From: an uncultured Acidobacteriota bacterium
GTDB taxonomy: Bacteria; Acidobacteriota; Vicinamibacteria; Vicinamibacterales; UBA2999
Reading direction: 5' to 3'
NCBI GenBank assembly: GCA_963786365.1
Contig: CAWAYR010000020.1
Coordinates: forward strand, 7,623 to 71,622
Length of the DNA stretch: 64,000 nt
Shown here one piece after another: positions 57,927 to 64,000 of this stretch (position 1 is its first letter; the number at the start of each line of letters is the position of its first letter). A model generated the notes under the pieces. It ran no database searches. It saw only the letters and a list, made by a program, of their open reading frames with translations, and had not been told where the DNA came from. The position numbers and the translations under genes were made by a program.

Positions 57927-59556
57927 TCAGCGGACGCCGGGGCGAGGCTCGGTCAGTTCGGGCCGTCCGGGTCGGTCGGCCCGTGTGGTGAGCGTGGCCA
58001 ACGTGGCGAAGTGCGCGGCCGCCTTGCCCCGATCGCCAGCGTCGGCCGCGGCCCGGGCCGCGCCGTAGACGGCGCGGAAGCGATTGGGCTCCTTGGTGAG
58101 CGTGGCCTCGAACTCGGTCAGCGCCTCGGCCGGCCGCTTCAGCTGCAGCAGCATCTCGCCCAGGAGCTCGCGCGCCGGCTTGATCGGTCCGGGCGTGACC
58201 GCGGACTTCTCGGTCGCGTCCTCGCGCTCGGCCGCTTCGCGCATCAGCGTCAGGGCCTCGGCTGGAGCGGCCTTCGGCGAGCAGCACCCACGCCTCGGCC
58301 CCCGCCGCTGGATCTCCACCTGCTCGGTCCAGTACGCGTCCTTGGTGGCGGCCACGGCATCGCGCAGCGCCACCAGCCGTGTGACGTCCTGACGCGCTGC
58401 GGCGCGTTGCCGCTTCGCGCCGCGCCGATCGCGCGCGCGAAGTGGGTGACGGCGTCGGCCCAGCCGAACGGCGTCTGCGGCGGCGTCAGCGCGGCCGCCT
58501 CGGCCCAGGCCGCGCGTTCGAGGGCGTAGCGCGCGGGAATCGCCGCCACCGCGTAGTAGCCGGCGGAGGGCGGCGCGGCGTTGCCGGGGCCGGCGTTGGG
58601 GATCCGCACCGCCAGCGGCGCGACGAGCGGGAGCGTGCGGGCCGCCGCGGCGTCCTGCGCGGTCTGCAGGTAGGCGTACACCTGGTAGTCGAGGGCGTGC
58701 AGTTCCTCGGCGGCGCCGCCGGGATCCTTGCGGGCGGCCGCGGCCGAGATCAGATTGGTGTCGATCGAGTCCTGCCACAAGCCCACGCGCGTGAAGGTGT
58801 GCGAGGGCATGTGGAGGGCGTGCGGCGCGTCGGCGCGATCTTCGCGTAGCGGCGGGCGGCGTCGAGCCCGCGAGCCGCCAGCGGCGGCACGTCGAAGCTG
58901 TGGATGATGTAGTGCGTCAAGCCGGGATGCTCGGGCTGCCGGGCGAACTCGGCTTCGAGGATGGCCGCGGCCTTCAGCAGGTTGGCGTAGGTCTTGTCGG
59001 TGGGCAGCGCCGTCTGCCCGAGCGCCAGCGCGTAGAAGATGCGGGCCTCGGTGTCGTCGGGATAACGGGCGGCCAGCGCCTCCATCGCCTTCTCGTAGGC
59101 CACGGTCCGCGACCGCTGGTCCCGCGTGGCCGCGTCGCGGAACAGCGTGTCCACGGCGGCCAGATACGCCTTCTCGCGGTCGGTGCCGGCGCCACTGGCC
59201 GCGCCGGCGTCGCTGGCCGCCAGGCCGGCCGCCAACGCCTGTGGCGTCCGGAAGCCGCCGAAGGGATTGCCCCACCAGCTCATCGCGATGCCCCAGTGGG
59301 CCATCGCGCAGCGCGGGTCGCCCTTCAGCACCGTGGTGAACGACTCGACGGCGGCGGAAAACCAGAAGGAGTGCAGGAGCGCGATCCCGCGGTCGAACTC
59401 GGCCTGCACGGCCGGCGCGCACGAGGTGGCGAAATGCACCGTGCCCAGCCGGCCGGCCGGCGCGCCGTGGTCGTGCTGGCGGGCGACCGCCGGCTGGGCG
59501 ATCGCCGCCACGATGGCCATTGCCGCGGCCGCGGTGCCCAACCTTCGTCGGCACAT
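57927..59556 (-). CDS. Secreted TPR-like conserved hypothetical protein (at least 3 frameshifts)
   Basis: ATG 59556 gives MCRRRLGTAAAAMAIVAAIAQPAVA...VHFATSCAPAVQAEFDRGIALLHSFWFSAAVESFTTVLKGDPRCAMAHWGIAMSWWGNPF... (tail of ORF 58750..60690). It is followed by ...HALHMPSHTFTRVGLWQDSI... (58250..59605) and ...ELLGEMLLQLKRPAEALTEFEATLTKEPNRFRAVYGAARAA... (57927..58778). Confidence 0.7.
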
Positions 59557-59689
59557 GGTGGACGCTCCTGGGCCGGATGATACCCGCCGAACCACCGGAC
59601 GGCAACGCTCAGGGGACGATCGCGAACGGCGTCGTGACCCCGCCAATTGCTTGCGATACCCGGCCGGGTCTCGTACGATCCGCGCCGCC

Positions 59690-61778
59690 ATGAACCGCCG
59701 CCTCGCCGTCGCCGCCCTGGCCATCGCCGCCACGCTCGGCGTGTCGGCGCGACAGCCGGCGGGCTGCGACCTGCTCATCGCCGGCGGCCGGGTCGTCGAC
59801 GGCACCGGCGCGGCCTGGTTCGCCGCCGACGTCTGCGTGGTCGGCGATCGCATCGCCGCGGTCGGACGGCTCGACGGGGCCACCGCGGCGCGGCGCATCG
59901 ACGCCACCGGCCTGGTCGTCGCTCCCGGCTTCATCGACATGCTCGGCCAGTCGGAGTACTGGGTGCTGCGCGACAACCGCGTCGCCAGCAAGGTCATGCA
60001 GGGCATCACCACCGAGCTCACCGGCGAGGCCAGCTTCACCAGCGTGAGCCACGCCGGCGCCCGCCGATCTGCATCCCTTCGCCGACGATGTTCGACCGCG
60101 AGGGCGTGCCGGCGTGGACCGACCTCGCCGGCTACCTGCAGATCCTCGACGCCCGGCCGGCCACCATCAACCTCGGCACCTTCGTCAGCGCCGGCGGCGT
60201 GCGCGAGTCGGTGGTCGGGCGCGACGACCGCGCGGCCACCGCCGACGAACTGGCGCGGATGGAGTCGCAGGTGGCCGCGGCGATGGAGGCCGGGGCGTTC
60301 GGGCTGTCGACGTCGCTGCAGTACGTGCCCGATCGCTTCGCCCGCACCGACGAGCTGGTGGCGCTGGCGAGGGTCGCCGGACGCTACGGCGGCAGCTACA
60401 TCACCCACCAGCGCTCCGAGGGCGACGCCATCGACGAGAGCCTCGACGAGGTGTTCCGCATCGCCCGCGAGGCCGGCGTGCCGGCCACCATCCACCACCT
60501 GAAGACCGCCTACAAGCAGAACTGGGGCCGGATGCCGCAGGTGCTGCAGCGGATCGAGCGCGCCCGCGCCGAGGGTCTCGACATCGCCGCCGATCAGTAT
60601 CCCTACGTCGCCGGCAGCAATCCGCTCGACGCCAGCCTGCCGGTCTGGGCGCGCGAGGGCGGCCGCGGCGGCGATGGTGCGCCGGCTCAACGATCCCGGC
60701 GACCCGGGCGAAGATCAAGGCCGAGATCCTGCAGCCGTCGACGACGTGGGAGAACCAGTACCTCGGCTCGGGCGGCGCCGCCGGCATCCTCGTGTCGGCG
60801 GTCGGCCGTGCCGATCTGAAGCGCTTCCAGGGACGCACGCTCGACGACATCGCGAAGGCCGAGCGCAAGGACCCGCTCGACGTGCTGATGGACCTCATCG
60901 CCCAGGACGACACGACCGGCAGCGGCGTGATGTTCTTCATGGACGAGGGCGACGTCCGCACGGCGCTGCGCCATCCGCTGGTGATGCTGGGCACCGACTC
61001 GGGCGGGATGGCGCCCGACAGCCCGCCGCCGACGGCCGGCGTGCATCCGCGCGCCTGGGGATCGGCGGCGCGCATCCTCGCGAAGTACGTCCGCGAGGAG
61101 CACGTGCTGACGCTCGAGGAGGCGATCCGCAAGATGACCTCGATGCCGGCCCAGCGGATGCGGCTGTGGGACCGCGGCCTGGTACGGCCCGGGGCCTTCG
61201 CCGATCTCGTCGTGTTCGATCCGGCGACGATCCGCGACCGCGCCACGTTCGCCGAACCGCGGCAGTACGCCGAGGGCGTGCGCTACGTCACGGTGAACGG
61301 CCAGCTGGTGGTCGACGGCGCACAGTTGACGGCGGCGCGCCCCGGGCGGGCGTTGCGCGGACCCGGCACGCGCGCGGCCGGCCCGACCGGCCCGGCATCG
61401 GCCGTCCCGTCGACCGACGTCGCCGCGGTCCGACGGGTCGTCGACGACTACGTCGGCCTCTACCGCAAGGACACGCTCGAACAGTGGCGGGCGCTGTTCC
61501 TGCCGACCTTCACCGCCACCTCGCCGGCGCGCGACGGCGGCGTCACGGTGCGGACGCTCGACCAGTTCTACGAGGCGCAGGCCCGCGGCTTCGCCCAGGC
61601 CACCGCGATGTCCGAGACGCTCGAGGACGTGATCGTCGAGCGCACCGGACGCCTGGCCACCGCCCGGGCCGCCTTCGTCTTCCACCAGAACGGCACGTCG
61701 CGTCGTGGGCGCCTCGTGCTCACGCTGATCGAGACTGGATCCACGTGGCGGATTGCCAGCCTGCTGTTCTCCTATTGA
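59690..61778 (+). CDS. N-acyl-D-amino-acid deacylase (D-aminoacylase) family amidohydrolase fused to a C-terminal NTF2/SnoaL-like domain (at least 3 frameshifts)
   Basis: ATG 59690 gives MNRRLAVAALAIAATLGVSA...CDLLIAGGRVVDGTGAAWFAADVCVVGDRIAAVG...GLVVAPGFIDMLGQSE.... Further pieces are 59647..60819 (...GAFGLSTSLQYVP...YITHQRSEG...ATIHHLK...ADQYPY...) and 60114..61778 (...LGTDSGG...HPRAWGS...GAFADLVVFDP...). The tail reads ...VRRVVDDYVGLYRKDTLEQWRALFLP...RLVLTLIETGSTWRIASLLFSY*. Confidence 0.85.
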
Positions 61779-61797
61779 TGGTGCCAGGGAGGTTGTG

Positions 61798-62878
61798 ATG
61801 AGTGCTCGCCCGTCGTCGTCCGGGGTCGATCGCCGCCGCCGCGCGTTCCTGCAGGCCGCCGTCGCCACGCCGTTCCTCGCGGCGGTCGGCGAGGCACAGC
61901 AGGCGCCGCCCGTGGTCATTCCGCCCTCGCCGCCGCGCGACTGGAGCGGCGGCGACGCCGGTGCGCTACCCCGATCCCGACATCGTCGCGCTCGACCCGC
62001 GCTTCCGCCGCTACATCATCGGCAACACGCCGATCCGCCGGCTGCACACCGGCACCCTGTGGGCGGAAGGGCCGGCCTGGAACGGCGTCGGCCGCTACCT
62101 GCTGTGGAGCGACATCCCGAACAACGTCCAGCTCCGCTGGGTCGAGGACGACGGCCGGGTCACGACCTTCCGCAACCCCTCGGGCAACAGCAACGGCAAC
62201 ACCTTCGATCGCGAGGGCCGGCAGCTGTCGTGCGAGCACGGCGGCCGCCGCGTCGTCCGCTACGAGCACGACGGCACCGTGACCATCGTCGCCGACCGCT
62301 ACCAGGGCAAGCGCCTCAACTCCCCCAACGACGTCGCCGTGCACCCCGACGGCAGCATCTGGTTCACCGACCCGATGTACGGCATCCGCGGCAACTACGA
62401 GGGCTTCAAGTCCGAGTCCGAGACCAAGCCCGGCGTCTACCGGGTCGACCCGCGCACCAGCCAGGTGACGCTCGTGAGCGACGAGCTCACCGGACCGAAT
62501 GGGGTGTGCTTCTCGCCCGATTACAAGCGGCTCTACGTCGCCGACACCGGCAGCGGCCGCGACATCCGGGTCTGGGACGTGGACGGCGCGACGGCCCGCA
62601 ATGGCCGCCGGCACGCCCTGCTGACCGTGCCCGGATCGCCCGACACGCCGTCGGCGGCCGACGGCATGCGCTGCGACGTCGATGGCAACATCTGGGCGGG
62701 AGCGCGGCCGGGCGTGCAGATCATCGCCCCCGACGGCGTGACGATCGGGGTCATCCGCCTGCCCGAGAACTGCGCCAACGTCTGCTTCGGCGGCACCATG
62801 CGCAACCGGCTGTTCATGACCGCCAGCCAGTCGCTCTACGCCGTCTACGTCGACACGCAGGGCGTGGCCCCGGCCTGA
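61798..62878 (+). CDS. SMP-30/gluconolactonase/LRE-family beta-propeller hydrolase with a Tat leader (one frameshift near 61955)
   Basis: GGGAGG precedes ATG 61798: MSARPSSSGVDRRRRAFLQAAVATPFLAAVGEA.... ORF 61802..62878 then gives ...YPDPDIVALDPRF...LWAEGPAWNGVGRYLLWSDIPNN...SNGNTFDREGR...NSPNDVAVHPDGSIWFTDP...GPNGVCFSPD...ADGMRCDVDGNIW.... Confidence 0.9.
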
Positions 62879-62894
62879 GGCCCGGGCGCGATCG

Positions 62895-63617
62895 TCACTT
62901 CAGACGGATGCGGGCCAGGAACAACCCGACGTCGAGGAACGGGATGTAGGTGGTCATCACCTCGAGGCGGCGCCAGCCGAGACCGCCCATCGGCAGCACC
63001 AGGGGCAGGGGCGCGTAGTTGAGGCGGTCCTCCCGACCGATCAGCAACATCGTGTAGCCGCCGCCGAGGTGCATCCCGTCTTCCTTGGACAGGCTATGCG
63101 CCATCCAGGCGTAGCCCACCATGTACTGGAAGTTCGAGAACGAGTCGGCCGACCCCATGACATAGAGCAGCCGGGTGTGGCCCTTGTCGTCGATCGCCGA
63201 CGGACCAAGGCCCAGGCCCCACGCGGCGTCGTTGTAGCGCTCACGCTGGGAGTCCGAGTAGCCCCACGGCGTGTGCCAGATGTAGCCCGGCACCCAGGCC
63301 TCGAAGTGGCCCCCGTTCCAGGTGGCGGCGAGGCCGCGGCCGGTGCGTTTCCAGAATCCGGTCGTCCCCGGGGGCGCCATGCCCATCGGCGTCGTCCCGG
63401 CCAGCCGGCGCCAGAACCCAGGCGGCGGCGCGTCGTCGGCCGGAACCGCGGGTTCCTGGGCCGGCGCCGGTGCCTCGGTCGGGGCAGCGACGGGAGCTGG
63501 CGGGGCCGGTTCCTGCGCGACCGCGTCGCCGGCGATCGCCAGCACGAGCACGCACACCGCCACGAACGACACGCCCGCCGCCGGCCGTCGCGGCTGCGCC
63601 CCTCGAATGGGCGACAT
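62895..63617 (-). CDS. pagP: PagP-like lipid A palmitoyltransferase with a Pro/Ala-rich N-terminal extension
   Basis: ORF 62895..63650 from ATG 63617; intact. The region ...GYIWHTPWGYSDSQRERYNDAAWGLGLG...DDKGHTRLLYVMGSADSFSNFQYMVGYAW...NYAPLPLVLPMGGLG...MTTYIP... aligns with E. coli PagP as I recall it. The His (WH) and Asp-Ser (ADS) catalytic positions are included. Confidence 0.75.
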   Translation of the reverse strand: MSPIRGAQPRRPAAGVSFVAVCVLVLAIAGDAVAQEPAPPAPVAAPTEAPAPAQEPAVPADDAPPPGFWRRLAGTTPMGMAPPGTTGFWKRTGRGLAATWNGGHFEAWVPGYIWHTPWGYSDSQRERYNDAAWGLGLGPSAIDDKGHTRLLYVMGSADSFSNFQYMVGYAWMAHSLSKEDGMHLGGGYTMLLIGREDRLNYAPLPLVLPMGGLGWRRLEVMTTYIPFLDVGLFLARIRLK

Positions 63618-63782
63618 GGCCGTCACGGCCCCCTGGACTGAACACCTCACCGAGCGACGATTTTACGCCGAGTGCGCCTCGGCGCGCCGGCCCGACCGGT
63701 GCGCCGGCGCTGTCACGCGCGCGTGACCCGCCAGGATGCCGCTGGTCGGCGCCGGCAGGGCGAGCGCCCGCCGCGTGACGGG

Positions 63783-64000
63783 CTAGTGCGCGCCGGCTGG
63801 GGCCTGGCCCTTCGGCCGGCGCATCAGGAGCACCAGCGGCAGCAGGACCAGGAACATCACGCCGAGCAGCCGGAAGATGTCGACGAACGAGACCATCGTC
63901 GCCTGCCGCATGCACCATGCCCTGCAGCGCGGCGTAGGTCTTCTGCGTCGCGGTGACCGGGTCGGTGCCGCCGGCGATGAAGCCCTGCCGCAGCGTCTCG
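63783..64000 (-). CDS. C-terminal end of an EmrB/DHA2-type MFS efflux transporter (5' part outside the window; one frameshift near 63915)
   Basis: Manual translation gives ...ETLRQGFIAGGTDPVTATQKTYAALQGMV, then in the next frame RQATMVSFVDIFRLLGVMFLVLLPLVLLMRRPKGQAPAGAH* (TAG at 63783-63785). The ..L.G.V.RQA.M.sF.D.F... pattern followed by a last TM is typical of the EmrB-family C-terminus. Confidence 0.55.
   Translation of the reverse strand, partial: RRCGRASSPAAPTRSPRRRRPTPRCRAWCMRQATMVSFVDIFRLLGVMFLVLLPLVLLMRRPKGQAPAGAH

Noticed and set aside
1-64000. Programmed ribosomal frameshifting or transcriptional slippage as an explanation for the many frame changes.
   Set aside because: There are far too many events, in both directions and often several per gene. 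I saw no recurring slippery heptamer or downstream structure at the sites inspected. Compensating pairs within ~100 nt look like error or indel noise.

Overview
Very GC-rich bacterial chromosomal segment; third codon positions are almost all G/C. The gene content suggests an Acidobacteriota-like soil Gram-negative, but this is inference only. The clues are DUF1552, two CarboxypepD_reg-type TonB-dependent receptors, and Ser/Thr kinases with TolB-like propellers. I can support about 50 protein-coding genes, dominated by envelope, transport and signalling functions: porins, TonB receptors, an RND/MFP efflux pair, MFS/APC/BASS transporters, AqpZ, PagP, secreted hydrolases, a sigma-54 activator, a GGDEF-EAL protein and two Hanks kinases. 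I see no rRNA, tRNA, CRISPR array, transposase or integrase. Many genes are interrupted by frameshifts, but several multi-kb tracts are completely intact. Many long ORFs in the track are either antisense shadows or chimeras that run through two or three real genes. Items I consider worth follow-up: (1) a co-directional cluster of an FHA-winged-helix regulator, a kinase-propeller, an eRF1-like GGQ-less factor and a small basic protein; (2) a Gram-negative-type sortase translationally coupled to an LPKTAS cargo, whose fold family recurs as a free periplasmic protein and apparently as the N-terminal module of a porin; (3) a second porin fused to a DUF3011 module; (4) a FrlD-like kinase / BtpA / APC-permease operon; (5) GTAG-headed REP-like hairpins with compensatory stem changes; (6) the strikingly patchy distribution of frameshifts. 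Family assignments come from my own reading of the translated sequences and recalled motifs, not from searches.
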